Positions 9,281-18,696 are shown, counted from the stretch's first letter. The stretch is 39,885 bases of DNA from an uncultured Desulfobacteraceae bacterium (GCA_964613595.1 CAZTHW010000001.1:1-39885); one strand, 5' to 3'. Numbers and translations are program-made. Notes: generated from the sequence alone by a model not told the origin.

Positions 9281-10474
9281 ATGCATATCATCGAATCCGG
9301 CAACGTGGCCGCAGCCAGCGGCGTCCAGCTTTCCGGGGCCCAGGTGATCGCCGCGTACCCGATCACGCCGCAGACGCCCCTGACGGAAAAGCTCTCCGAA
9401 CTGGTGGATGCCGGCGAGCTCAATGCCCAATACATTCCGGTCGAAAGCGAACACAGTGCCATGTCGGTCTGTATTGCGGCCTCCAGCGCAGGGACGCGCG
9501 CCTTTACCGCGACCAGCGCCAACGGACTGCTCTACATGAACGAACAGCTTCACTGGGCCGCCGGCGCCAGGCTTCCGATTGTCATGTGCGTGGTCAACCG
9601 TGGCATCGGCGCGCCCTGGACCGTGTGGAACGATCACCAGGACGCCATGGCCCAGCGGGATACCGGATGGATTCAGCTTTTCTGCTGTGATCACCAGCAG
9701 ATTATCGACACGGTGATCCAGGCCTTCCGCCTGGCCGAAACCGTGCGCATCCCGGTAATGGTCTGCTATGACGGCTATATCCTGTCGCACACCTACATGC
9801 CGTTTGACATTCCCGAATCTGCTGCAGTCAGCAGGTTCCTTCCGGAATTTGCACCCGACTGGGCGCTGGATCCGGCCTGCCCGGCAAACCTGAATACAGT
9901 GACCCTGCCGGATATCCGGCCCAACGTGCGCGGGGAAACCGCGCCGGGATACATGGAAATCCGGCAGAACCTGCATGGCGACATGCGCCGGGCCATAGAC
10001 GTGGTTGCGGATACGGACGCGCAATTCGCAAAAACCTTCGGCCGCGGCGGAAATCCGTTTATCGAGCCCTACCGCTGCGACGACGCCGAGTATGTGGCAG
10101 TGGCCATGGGATCCCTCTCATATCATCTCCGGGATGTAATCGACGTGCTAAGACAGGAGGGGCTTGCCATCGGGGTTGCCGGCCTGCGCCTGTACCGGCC
10201 TTTTCCGAACCGGGCCGTGGCCGAAGCGCTGTCTGCGAAAAAGGGGGTTATCGTGTTTGAAAAAGCTGTGAGCTATGGATACGAGGGTCCGCTGTATGCC
10301 GATATCAAGGCGGCCCTGTACGATTGCGATCACCGGCCGGCCGTGCACAACTACATCCTCGGTTTGGGCGGCCGGGAGATCAAAACAGACGATCTCTTTG
10401 ATTCGCTCAGAACGTCCTGCGGCGCAGACGCCCCCGCAACCCGGGAGCCGGCCTTTGTGGGACTCAAAATATGA
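9281..10474 (+). CDS. porA: 2-oxoacid:ferredoxin oxidoreductase alpha subunit
   Basis: AAYPITPQT, VESEHSAMS, FTATSANGL, VNRGIGAP, RDTGWIQ, YRPFP, GLGGR. Confidence 0.9.
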   Translation: MHIIESGNVAAASGVQLSGAQVIAAYPITPQTPLTEKLSELVDAGELNAQYIPVESEHSAMSVCIAASSAGTRAFTATSANGLLYMNEQLHWAAGARLPIVMCVVNRGIGAPWTVWNDHQDAMAQRDTGWIQLFCCDHQQIIDTVIQAFRLAETVRIPVMVCYDGYILSHTYMPFDIPESAAVSRFLPEFAPDWALDPACPANLNTVTLPDIRPNVRGETAPGYMEIRQNLHGDMRRAIDVVADTDAQFAKTFGRGGNPFIEPYRCDDAEYVAVAMGSLSYHLRDVIDVLRQEGLAIGVAGLRLYRPFPNRAVAEALSAKKGVIVFEKAVSYGYEGPLYADIKAALYDCDHRPAVHNYILGLGGREIKTDDLFDSLRTSCGADAPATREPAFVGLKI

Positions 10475-10531
10475 CCACCCGGCTGCAGACCGCAGTCACA
10501 TCATAAGACATCTAAGGATTCAGGATTTATC

Positions 10532-11443
10532 ATGGCCACGAATAAAACCACCATACTCAACCTGCCGGAAGAAGAACTCGTGCACCCGGGCAACCGGGCC
10601 TGTTCCGGCTGCGGGCTAAGCATTGTCTACAGAACCGGATTAAAGGCGCTCGGCCGGGAGACCATCCTGGTGGTCCCGCCCAGCTGTCTGACCGTGCTCC
10701 AGGGGCTCTACCCCATCGCCGCCACCCAGCTGCCGTGCTTAAACGTCACCTTTGCCTCCACTGCCGCTGCTGCAACCGGTGTACTCGGCGCCTTGCGGGC
10801 CCGGGGCAAGACCGGTGTGCAGGTCGCAGCATGGGCTGGAGACGGCGGAACCAGTGATATCGGCATCCAGGCGCTTTCCGGGGCCTGTGAGCGGGGCGAG
10901 AACTTTATTTTTATCTGCTATGACAACGAAGCATACATGAACACCGGGGTGCAGCGCTCCGGCACCACGCCGCAGCACGTGCTGACCACCACCACACCGA
11001 TTACCGGCAAGCACCAGAAGAAAAAGGACATGCCCGCCATTATGGCGGCTCACGGCATTGATTACGTAGCCACCGCTTCTGCGGCCTATCCCCTGGATTT
11101 ATACGACAAGATCATAAAAGCCAAGACCATTTCCGGGCCCAAGTACATCCACGTGCACACGCCGTGCCCGGCCGGATGGGGATTTTCCGCGCGATATACC
11201 GTCAAAATCGGGCGGCTGGCAGTAGAAACCGGGTTGTTTGACCTGTATGAACAGGAAAACGGAAACTTCCGCCTGACCGGGGCTTCGCAGAAACTACTCG
11301 GAAAAAAACGCAAGCCTGTGGATGAATATTTCGCCACCCAGACCCGGTTCAAGGGCATGGATACGGAAAAAACCCGGATCATCCAGGAGGAGGTGGATCA
11401 GAAATGGGAGGTCCACGAAAAGGCGGCTGCGGGCATCTGCTGA
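10532..11443 (+). CDS. porB: 2-oxoacid:ferredoxin oxidoreductase beta subunit (TPP-binding)
   Basis: ACSGCG, GDGGTSDIG, CYDNEAYMNTGVQRS, PCPAGWG. Confidence 0.9.
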   Translation: MATNKTTILNLPEEELVHPGNRACSGCGLSIVYRTGLKALGRETILVVPPSCLTVLQGLYPIAATQLPCLNVTFASTAAAATGVLGALRARGKTGVQVAAWAGDGGTSDIGIQALSGACERGENFIFICYDNEAYMNTGVQRSGTTPQHVLTTTTPITGKHQKKKDMPAIMAAHGIDYVATASAAYPLDLYDKIIKAKTISGPKYIHVHTPCPAGWGFSARYTVKIGRLAVETGLFDLYEQENGNFRLTGASQKLLGKKRKPVDEYFATQTRFKGMDTEKTRIIQEEVDQKWEVHEKAAAGIC

Positions 11444-11454
11444 TACCCCGGGAT

Positions 11455-12096
11455 TTACCCTTCGTAGAGCACGGCCAGGATCCGGGCCCTGCCCGTTTTG
11501 GCAGCCACCAGGTGCGGCGTGGTTGACAGGTAATACACACTGTCACCCGGATCGAGTTCGAATTCATCCTGGTCAATCTGTGCCAGCACCGTTCCTTCCA
11601 GCACGTAAATGAATTCCTCGCCGTCATGCACCGAGGTTTCCCGCTCCGGATTTTCCTCCAAATCCACAATCAGGGCTTCCATGTGCCGGCCTTGCACTTC
11701 GGGTGCCAGGCTCTGGTATTTATACAGGTTCCTGCCCATGGGCGAGGTGGACCTGGACACGGGTTTTCGTTCATGCTTGCGGGTCACCGAATACACCCGG
11801 GATCCCGCGCCTGAAACCAGGCGGGAAAAGGCGCTGTCCAATGCCTTGGACAGCTTTACCAGGGTGCCGAGCTGGGGCTGGATCTCGTTTGCCTCGATCC
11901 GGGACAGGGTTTCCACGTCAAACCCGGTCAGATTGGCCATTTCATCATTGGAAATGCCCTTTCTCTCCCGGATGGTGCGGATCCGATCACCTATCGCCTC
12001 GATCTCCGCCGCCTTGCCCCGGTCGGAGAGATCCCCGGTGAGCACTTCATATCGATCCTCTTGTGCCCGGGACTCTTCATCGTGAATCATATCCAT
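11455..12096 (-). CDS. XRE-family HTH + cupin transcriptional regulator
   Basis: IGDRIRTIRERKGIS...LSRIEANEIQPQLGTLVKLSKAL HTH; cupin HDGEEFIYVLEG...GDSVYYLSTTPH; AAGGAG RBS before ATG 12096. Confidence 0.85.
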   Translation of the reverse strand: MDMIHDEESRAQEDRYEVLTGDLSDRGKAAEIEAIGDRIRTIRERKGISNDEMANLTGFDVETLSRIEANEIQPQLGTLVKLSKALDSAFSRLVSGAGSRVYSVTRKHERKPVSRSTSPMGRNLYKYQSLAPEVQGRHMEALIVDLEENPERETSVHDGEEFIYVLEGTVLAQIDQDEFELDPGDSVYYLSTTPHLVAAKTGRARILAVLYEG

Positions 12097-12354
12097 CGCT
12101 CCTTTGGCAAATCTGCCGCATTGAATCAAATTTCATCATTCTTCAGTGCCTTATTTTTCTTTTCTACCAAAAGCCGCCAAAGCCGTCAAACATTACTTGC
12201 CCCGCTCCGGAATCGCTCCATCCCGTTTTCAGCTTTTGGGTTTCCCGAATTTTTGGCGGAGGCCGCCTTGTCAGAAACCGGCTGCCGTGCTACTATAAAA
12301 ATAAATAATATTATCGAATTACGGACCAATCATCCAATTTCACAGGGGGATGTT

Positions 12355-12999
12355 ATGGCAGAAGCACAATACCAGGCATGGCTGTGGGAAAAACTCGGAC
12401 ATGAGACCATTGAAAACCTGAAAAAGCACGGATTTGCGGGCAGTTTTCTTGCCAGTGCAGACGAGGGCAGAGATTTTGTAACAGATCTGGCCAGGGAGTA
12501 CAACACCATCGGATTCGGGGGATCCGCCACCCTTCGGGCGCTTGATATACCAGCCACCCTGAAGCAGCAGGGCAAAACCGTTTATGATCACTGGGACCCG
12601 GCCCAGGATGAATCCGATCTTTCCCTTCGCCTGAAACAGGGGCGATGCGACTGCTTTATCTGCAGTGCAAACGCCATTTCCGCAACCGGCGAAATCGTGA
12701 ATGTGGACGGCGTGGGCAACCGAACAAACGCCATGACTTTCGGCTGTCCCAATGTCGTCATCGTGGCCGGCATGAACAAAGTCGCCCTTGACCTGGACGG
12801 GGCTCTGCGCAGAATACGGGAAATCGCAGCACCCATGCGCGCGAAAAGCCTTAACATGAATACCCCGTGCGCGGAAACCGGCATCTGCACGGACTGCAAT
12901 TCCCCTCAGCGCATCTGCCGCATCACCGCGATTCTGCACCGAAAACCCATGATGACCGAGGTTTCCGTGGTGCTGATCAACGACGCACTCGGATTCTGA
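12355..12999 (+). CDS. LUD-domain (lactate utilization LutC/YkgG-like) protein
   Basis: GFGGSATL, SANAISATGEIVNVDGVGNR, GMNKV, PCAETGICTDCNSPQRIC; GGGGGA RBS before ATG 12355. Confidence 0.8.
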   Translation: MAEAQYQAWLWEKLGHETIENLKKHGFAGSFLASADEGRDFVTDLAREYNTIGFGGSATLRALDIPATLKQQGKTVYDHWDPAQDESDLSLRLKQGRCDCFICSANAISATGEIVNVDGVGNRTNAMTFGCPNVVIVAGMNKVALDLDGALRRIREIAAPMRAKSLNMNTPCAETGICTDCNSPQRICRITAILHRKPMMTEVSVVLINDALGF

Positions 13000-13574
13000 T
13001 GTGCACAGATTCCGCGGGGCCGCCCTGGCAGACCTGGAAATCCTGGCAGGAGGCCAATTTTTCCATACGATCCCCGCTGGAGCGGCATCCGCAGCAAATG
13101 CAGCCGCTTTTCCAAATCGCCGGGGAAATCAGGCAGCGGCTGGATGTTCTGGATGCGATATATGATGCGCTGTGCCCGCAGACCTGCCCGTTGTGCCCCG
13201 ATCCATGCTGTGCAAGGGCGGATGTCTGGTTTGACCTGCGGGATCTGCTCTTTTTGCATGCCGGCTTCCTGCCGGTGCCGCTGAAAAACCCCCGAAAGCC
13301 GGATCATTTGCCCTGCTGGTTTCTCGGGCCGGGCGGATGCAGGCTGCCACGCAAAAGCCGGCCCTGGATCTGCACCTGGTATCTCTGCCCGGCCCAGAAA
13401 CGCCGCCTGCAAAACCGGCGCCCTACAGCCTTTATGCAACTGCGGACTTTAACAGAAGAAATCGGCGCATACCGAAAGCAGCTTGAAAAACACTTTATCC
13501 GGGTCGCCGGCGCCCCGCCTGCGGCCTGTAAACGCGACCGGGCCCGCGAGGAAAAAGCCGGAAGCCGGGCATGA
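12999..13574 (+). CDS. Cysteine-cluster hypothetical protein (YkgJ/CxxCxxCC-like)
   Basis: CPLCPDPCC ... CWFLGPGGCRL...RPWICTWYLCP; ATG overlaps the upstream TGA. Confidence 0.65.
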   Translation: MCTDSAGPPWQTWKSWQEANFSIRSPLERHPQQMQPLFQIAGEIRQRLDVLDAIYDALCPQTCPLCPDPCCARADVWFDLRDLLFLHAGFLPVPLKNPRKPDHLPCWFLGPGGCRLPRKSRPWICTWYLCPAQKRRLQNRRPTAFMQLRTLTEEIGAYRKQLEKHFIRVAGAPPAACKRDRAREEKAGSRA

Positions 13575-13882
13575 ATAAATACGAAAAAATCACTGAGGCC
13601 AGGCACATCCTGGAGATTCCGGAAGAAGCGACCATGGCGGAAATCAAGGCCAGCTACCGAAGCCTGCTTACCCGCTGGCATCCGGACAAGTGCCCGCAAG
13701 ACCCGGAAAAAGCAAACGAGATGACCCGCAGGATCACAGCCGCCTATCAAACCCTCCTGGATTATTGCGCCAATTACAGGTTCTGCTTTTCAAAACAAGC
13801 CGTGAAAAAACAGCGCTCCGCCCGTGAGTGGTGGATCGAGCGCTTTGGTAATGATCCGCTGTGGGGCGGAAAAGATGAGTAA
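13571..13882 (+). CDS. Small J-domain (DnaJ-like) protein
   Basis: ILEIPEEATMAEIKASYRSLLTRWHPDKC (HPD motif), ITAAYQTL; ATGA overlap with the upstream gene. Confidence 0.85.
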   Translation: MNKYEKITEARHILEIPEEATMAEIKASYRSLLTRWHPDKCPQDPEKANEMTRRITAAYQTLLDYCANYRFCFSKQAVKKQRSAREWWIERFGNDPLWGGKDE

Positions 13883-13892
13883 GCAGACGGGA

Positions 13893-14711
13893 TCACCCCT
13901 TTATTATTGATTTAACCGCTTCCACGAGCTTCGGCATGGCCTCTCCGGCCTTTAAGGGGATATAGGCATCTGATACCCGCTGGAACGCATTTTCATTGGG
14001 ATTGACCACGATCACCCGGGCACCGGCCTCTTTTGCCTGAAACGGGAGATAGGCCGCGGGATAAACCACCCCGGAGGTGCCCACGGCCAACAGGACATCG
14101 CATTTTCTGGCGGCATCAAACGCCCGCGGAATCTCCTGAACCGCTTCACCGAACATCACCACGTCCGGCCGCGTAACCGACTGGCACTGTTGACACTTGG
14201 GCATAAGTTCAATGATTTCCGACAGGGTGAATCCTTCGGCGGCATCCACTTTTTCCCTGAGCTGCCGGATCAGTTCCCTGCGCGGAAAATTCCGGGTCCA
14301 GGCGCATGACAGACACCTGAACCGGAAGCTGTTGCCGTGGACTTCCACCACATCGGTATTGCCGGCCTCGAGGTGCAGATTGTCAATATTCTGTGTCACC
14401 ACGGTTTTCAATATTCCCATGTGCTCCAGGTCCCGCAGGGCCACGTGTGCGGGATTGGGTTCGGCCCGCTCGAAGGTATCCAGAAGTTCCCGGAAAAAGG
14501 GAAGCAGCTTTTCCGGACTCCGCTGCAGGGTTGCCATCAATCCGTCAGCCGTGCCGACTTCGGCCGGATTGACCCGTTCCCATACGCCGCCGGGATCCCG
14601 GAAGGTGGCAATACCGCTTTCCGCGGAAACACCCGCGCCGCAGGACGCTGCCGCATTTTTCGCCCCGGCCAGAATTTCGGCCGCCTTCTGAATTTCCGGA
14701 TCAATACTCAT
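13893..14711 (-). CDS. cobB: NAD-dependent protein deacylase (Sir2/CobB family)
   Basis: GAGVSAESGIATFR, TQNIDNLH, HGN, two CxxC zinc motifs, RPDVVMFGE, GTSGVVYPAA. Confidence 0.9.
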   Translation of the reverse strand: MSIDPEIQKAAEILAGAKNAAASCGAGVSAESGIATFRDPGGVWERVNPAEVGTADGLMATLQRSPEKLLPFFRELLDTFERAEPNPAHVALRDLEHMGILKTVVTQNIDNLHLEAGNTDVVEVHGNSFRFRCLSCAWTRNFPRRELIRQLREKVDAAEGFTLSEIIELMPKCQQCQSVTRPDVVMFGEAVQEIPRAFDAARKCDVLLAVGTSGVVYPAAYLPFQAKEAGARVIVVNPNENAFQRVSDAYIPLKAGEAMPKLVEAVKSIIKG

Positions 14712-14774
14712 GATGCACTCCTTCTACATTCCTTGGTTCCCCCTCATAATAAACGTCTATCGCTGCCTTCACTT

Positions 14775-15314
14775 TCAGCCGGCCGTTTCTTCCAGAATTT
14801 GGGCATATACACTTTGATCCGCGCTGCTGAACAGAACAAAGCGCACATGCTTGACCGAATTCAGGCCCTGAAGCTGTTCAATCACCGTGTTCAAGGCAAT
14901 CCGTGCGGCAGGTTCCAGAGGGTATCCGAACGCCCCGGTGGAAATGGCCGGAAAAGCGACCGAATGCAGCCCGTTTTGTTCAGCCAGCTTCAGGGCATTG
15001 CGGTAGCATGCGGCCAGCAGCTGGTCAGATGGATTGTCTCTTCCATAGACCGGCCCCAGGCAATGGATCACATGGCGGTTGGGGAGGTTATGCGCGCCTG
15101 TGATCACCGCCTGGCCGGGATCGATCGGCGCCAGCGGACGGCACTCTTCTTCCAGGCCCGGTCCCGCAGCCCGGTGGATCGCTCCGGCCACGCCGCCCCC
15201 AATCCGAAGCTCGGCATTGGCGGCATTAACCACGGCGTCCATGTCAGCCTGGTTTGCAATATCGCCCTGCACGCATTCCACGGTTGCGCCATGAAAATCC
15301 TTTTTTGTGGTCAT
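14775..15314 (-). CDS. Macrodomain protein (MacroD/YmdB-like O-acetyl-ADP-ribose deacetylase)
   Basis: GDI, VVNAANAELRIGGGVAGAIH, VIHCLGP, AFPAISTGAFGYP. Confidence 0.9.
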   Translation of the reverse strand: MTTKKDFHGATVECVQGDIANQADMDAVVNAANAELRIGGGVAGAIHRAAGPGLEEECRPLAPIDPGQAVITGAHNLPNRHVIHCLGPVYGRDNPSDQLLAACYRNALKLAEQNGLHSVAFPAISTGAFGYPLEPAARIALNTVIEQLQGLNSVKHVRFVLFSSADQSVYAQILEETAG

Positions 15315-15489
15315 TTGCCCCCACCTCCTTTATTTTTCGGGTGATAATTCCATCAGGGTAGCATAACCGATTCTTTTCCGGGCCCCAATGCCAGCTTGTG
15401 ACAATGTACCCGTCTTATTCAAAATTACCATTATTCGCCGGGCAGGCAAAAATTTTTTGGATCCCTGGATTCAGGATCCGGATACGCTT

Positions 15490-16308
15490 TTACCCGCAGA
15501 CAGTGCCGGCCAGTTCTGAAAAAAGCCTGTCCAGGAGTTGTTCCGCGGCCGACAGCTCCGCTTTTGAGGCAAAAACCGAATGCAACTCCCGGAATATGAC
15601 GTCATACCGGGATCCGGTGCTGCCCGCGGCCGAATAATCCACCTGCGGCTTTGGGTAAAGTCCGTCATTGAAAAAATAACTCGCCAGGGGGCGGTTGCCT
15701 GCGGCATACGGCCAACTGATTTTCAAACCAAACAAGCGGGCCCACAGCTTTCGGGCATGCGGCCGGCACGCGGCTTCCGGGTCAAGGCGACGGCTTCGGC
15801 ATCTGCGGGTGATTTCATCATAAAAAGCCCCCAGCAGATCTGCTTCCTGGATGACTAGGCCGAACAGGTACCAGTCGTCGATTACGGACCGGAGGATTTG
15901 CTTGAAATCCGGGGCAATCCGGCGGTGGGTGGGACAAAAATACATCCCGCAGGTCATGGACCCGTAATGGCTCAGGCCCCGCAAATCGATGCCGTTGTTA
16001 TTTTCTGCCAGCGGATGGAGCAGGCACCCCACCCGGGTTTTGGCCTGCCCGATAAAGCCGAGATACGGGCAGTGATGGAATTCCGGCATGGGCACCGGGT
16101 TTTTGGCAAGCACCTCTGACTCCTTTTGGCCGAAATCGAGAACAGCCGCCATTTCGCGGGGCACCCGGGCAAATGCCGCGGTGCGCCTTTCCAACAGGCT
16201 GCAGATGCCCTGACGGGAAGAATCGGCCAGATTGTAGAGTCCGCAGCAGGCCCCGCATGACACGGTTTGGCTGACCTGACAGAGATAAATGTATTCGGGT
16301 GCCGGCAT
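15490..16308 (-). CDS. Cysteine-rich hypothetical protein
   Basis: 272-aa ORF with GGAG RBS; CQxxxxxSCGACCGLYN, CPYLG, GCLLHP, CGMYFCP motifs. Confidence 0.7.
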   Translation of the reverse strand: MPAPEYIYLCQVSQTVSCGACCGLYNLADSSRQGICSLLERRTAAFARVPREMAAVLDFGQKESEVLAKNPVPMPEFHHCPYLGFIGQAKTRVGCLLHPLAENNNGIDLRGLSHYGSMTCGMYFCPTHRRIAPDFKQILRSVIDDWYLFGLVIQEADLLGAFYDEITRRCRSRRLDPEAACRPHARKLWARLFGLKISWPYAAGNRPLASYFFNDGLYPKPQVDYSAAGSTGSRYDVIFRELHSVFASKAELSAAEQLLDRLFSELAGTVCG

Positions 16309-16446
16309 TTTACTCCTGATAACAATTTAAGATATTAATTCGATTCGGTTTTACCTGTACGTAATATAAGATGCCGCCTGAATCAAGGCAACTGATGCCC
16401 GGCAATGGCGGAATCCCGCACAGGGTGGTACTGATGTGAATTCTTA

Positions 16447-16664
16447 TTGACAGGCAATGCTTCTGTTGATACCGCTTTTTTAATTTCGCGCATATGCACA
16501 ATACGAAATTGTGCGCACAAACGCTGCCGCGCCGGTTGCTTGCAGACCGCGTGGATCAGCAGAATCGCATCTGCGGTTTTTCCGGAAAAACAGACACATA
16601 CAAAAAAGCCACGAAGGCCTGGAAATGCCGAAGTATCGGCAACGGGTCTACGTGGCTTTTTTTT
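16447..16664 (+). promoter_or_regulatory. Promoter and structured leader of the TonB-receptor operon, ending in a terminator-like hairpin
   Basis: TTGACA at 16447; palindrome GCACAAT-N5-ATTGTGC at 16496-16514; long hairpin AAAAAAGCCACG...CGTGGCTTTTTTTT at 16602-16664 upstream of the start codon. Confidence 0.55.
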
Positions 16665-16699
16665 GTTTTCAGAAATACCGAAAAATGGAGACGAATCCG

Positions 16700-18652
16700 A
16701 TGAAAAAACCCATGGCGATTTATTTCTGGGGATGCCTGCTTTTTCTCTGTATGTTATCCGCCCCGGCTGCAGGTCAGAGCAAACCGGCAGAAACCAGCCT
16801 CGAACCGGTCCGGGTGACCGCCAGTCCGATTATCGAGGGAAACGCGGTTGACCGGTATGCCGCGGAAAAAACCACAGTCAGCCAGCAACAGATTGACAAC
16901 TTGAATGCCCAGGACATCACCACGGCACTGCGCAAAACCCCGGGTGTCAATATTTCCCGCTACAACCAGATCGGCGCCTTTGGCGGCGGGGAAGGCGGCG
17001 CGATTTTTGTCCGGGGAATGGGCGCAAGCCGTCCCGGAGCGGAAATCAAGACGCATGTGGACGGGGTACCCATGTATATGAGCATCTGGAACCATCCGCT
17101 TCTCGACCTGATGCCCGTGGATCCGGCCGGCTCGGTGGAGGTTTACAAAAGCCCCCAGCCCCAGCATTTCGGCAACGCCGCAGCGGCTGTCAACATCGTT
17201 CCAAAGGAAAAAAGGACCCGGGGTTTTTTGACAAAAACCAAAATCGCGGGCGGCAGTTACGACACTTTCATCGGCACAGCAGAAACCGCGGGGAAAACAG
17301 AGCGGTTCAATTATTACCTGGGCGGCGGCTACCGCAGATCCAACGGCCACCGGGACCACTCGGAAGGCGAAATGCAGAACGCATTCGGCCGGTTCGGTTA
17401 CCAATTATCCCGTCACTGGGATGTTTATGCCTTCGGCCTGTTTACGGACAATTTCGCAGAAGACCCGGGAGAAAAAGGCGGCTCAGCGGAAACGCGCGAG
17501 GGTACCTATGAAACCCGCGCCTTTCTGACCAGCCTGACCCTGCGCCACGATTATGCAGGCGCCGAGGGATATGTCAAAGTCTACCGCAATGCCGGGGAGG
17601 GCGACTGGCTCAACCAGCCCACGGAAACTTCCGGAATCCGCGAAGACCTACTCAATGATTTCACGTTTTCCGGATATAAAATCCGGGAGACGATTTCTCC
17701 CTGGCAGGGCGGAGAATTGCTGGCCGGGCTGGACTGGCAGAAAACCGAGGGGGATTACAGGAAATATTTTTCCGACGGCACCACGGATCACTGGGACGGC
17801 CACGATTTCACCCTTACCGAACCCTATGGGGCACTCAGCCATCGCTTTGGAGAGGAATCCGGGCTCCACGTGATTCCTTCGGCAGGTGCCCGGTATTATG
17901 ACAATTCGGATTTTGACGGGCAATGGGGGCCCCACGCCGGCCTGATCCTGGGATACGACGACTTTCAATTCCATACCGGGTATTCCCGCGGGGTGGTCTA
18001 TCCCGGCCTGGACGTAGTGGTATTCTCCGAAGAGGTAATCGAGACCCTGGGCACGAGCTGGAAGGACCTGGACCCGGAAATCATGGATCATTATGAAGCC
18101 GGGGTTTCCTTTCAGTTCGCCAAGTCTGCCAGGGCCGAGCTGACCTACTTCTACAACAACGGCAAGGACCGCTATGTCATTATTTTTCCGCCTCCCCCGC
18201 CGCCGGTGTATGAAAACGTGGAAACCTATACGACCCGGGGAGTGGAGACCTCTTTTCAGGCCTTTCCCGGAGAAGACATCACGATTTTCCTGGGGGGCAC
18301 CGTGCTTGACACCGATCCGGACGATCTGCCCTATTCCCCTGAAATCACGGTGAGCTCCGGGGTAAGCTGGCAGTTTCTGCCAAAATGGACGATTCACCTG
18401 GACGGACAATACGTGGATGACATGTACGTGACCTCCCGGGCCCGGGTCTCGGGCGCGGAAGACACGGCCCCGGTTGACAGCTATTTCCTGGTAAACGGCA
18501 AGCTCAGCCGCGCATTTGAACTCGCGGGCGAGGAGGTGTCCGGCAGCGTATTCATTGCCGGGGAAAATCTCACGGACACGGATTACGAATACCTGCCCGG
18601 ATATCCCATGGCCGGAATCAACGGCACGGCCGGGATTTCGCTGGCATTCTGA
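16700..18652 (+). CDS. TonB-dependent outer-membrane receptor
   Basis: Signal peptide, TonB-box-like LEPVRVTA, plug ALRKTPGV...IFVRGMG...VDGVP...VEVYKSP, C-terminal GENLTD..YEY..GYPMAG and terminal Phe; GGAG RBS before ATG 16700. Confidence 0.92.
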   Translation: MKKPMAIYFWGCLLFLCMLSAPAAGQSKPAETSLEPVRVTASPIIEGNAVDRYAAEKTTVSQQQIDNLNAQDITTALRKTPGVNISRYNQIGAFGGGEGGAIFVRGMGASRPGAEIKTHVDGVPMYMSIWNHPLLDLMPVDPAGSVEVYKSPQPQHFGNAAAAVNIVPKEKRTRGFLTKTKIAGGSYDTFIGTAETAGKTERFNYYLGGGYRRSNGHRDHSEGEMQNAFGRFGYQLSRHWDVYAFGLFTDNFAEDPGEKGGSAETREGTYETRAFLTSLTLRHDYAGAEGYVKVYRNAGEGDWLNQPTETSGIREDLLNDFTFSGYKIRETISPWQGGELLAGLDWQKTEGDYRKYFSDGTTDHWDGHDFTLTEPYGALSHRFGEESGLHVIPSAGARYYDNSDFDGQWGPHAGLILGYDDFQFHTGYSRGVVYPGLDVVVFSEEVIETLGTSWKDLDPEIMDHYEAGVSFQFAKSARAELTYFYNNGKDRYVIIFPPPPPPVYENVETYTTRGVETSFQAFPGEDITIFLGGTVLDTDPDDLPYSPEITVSSGVSWQFLPKWTIHLDGQYVDDMYVTSRARVSGAEDTAPVDSYFLVNGKLSRAFELAGEEVSGSVFIAGENLTDTDYEYLPGYPMAGINGTAGISLAF

Positions 18653-18696
18653 AAAATCCGCAAACGCAAACCACTTGCAGACAAGGAAACATCAAC

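Noticed and set aside
8801..10024. 407-aa antisense ORF over the oxidoreductase genes (likewise 7311-8360, 14337-15344, 24819-25820, 30932-31831)
   Set aside because: Shadow ORFs opposite well-supported genes, with no family signatures
13893..15314. Sirtuin + macrodomain as an anti-phage (Thoeris-like) or SirTM system
   Set aside because: Both are canonical housekeeping-type CobB and MacroD; no TIR, SLOG, GcvH-like or lipoate-ligase partner nearby
16330..16690. Possible cobalamin or Moco riboswitch before the TonB receptor
   Set aside because: Core elements (B12 box and GCCCCCGCAACTGT-like segment; Moco core) not found; kept only as an unclassified leader
16511..16699. 63-codon N-terminal extension of the TonB receptor in the ORF track
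   Set aside because: RBS and signal peptide support ATG 16700; the extension runs through the leader hairpin
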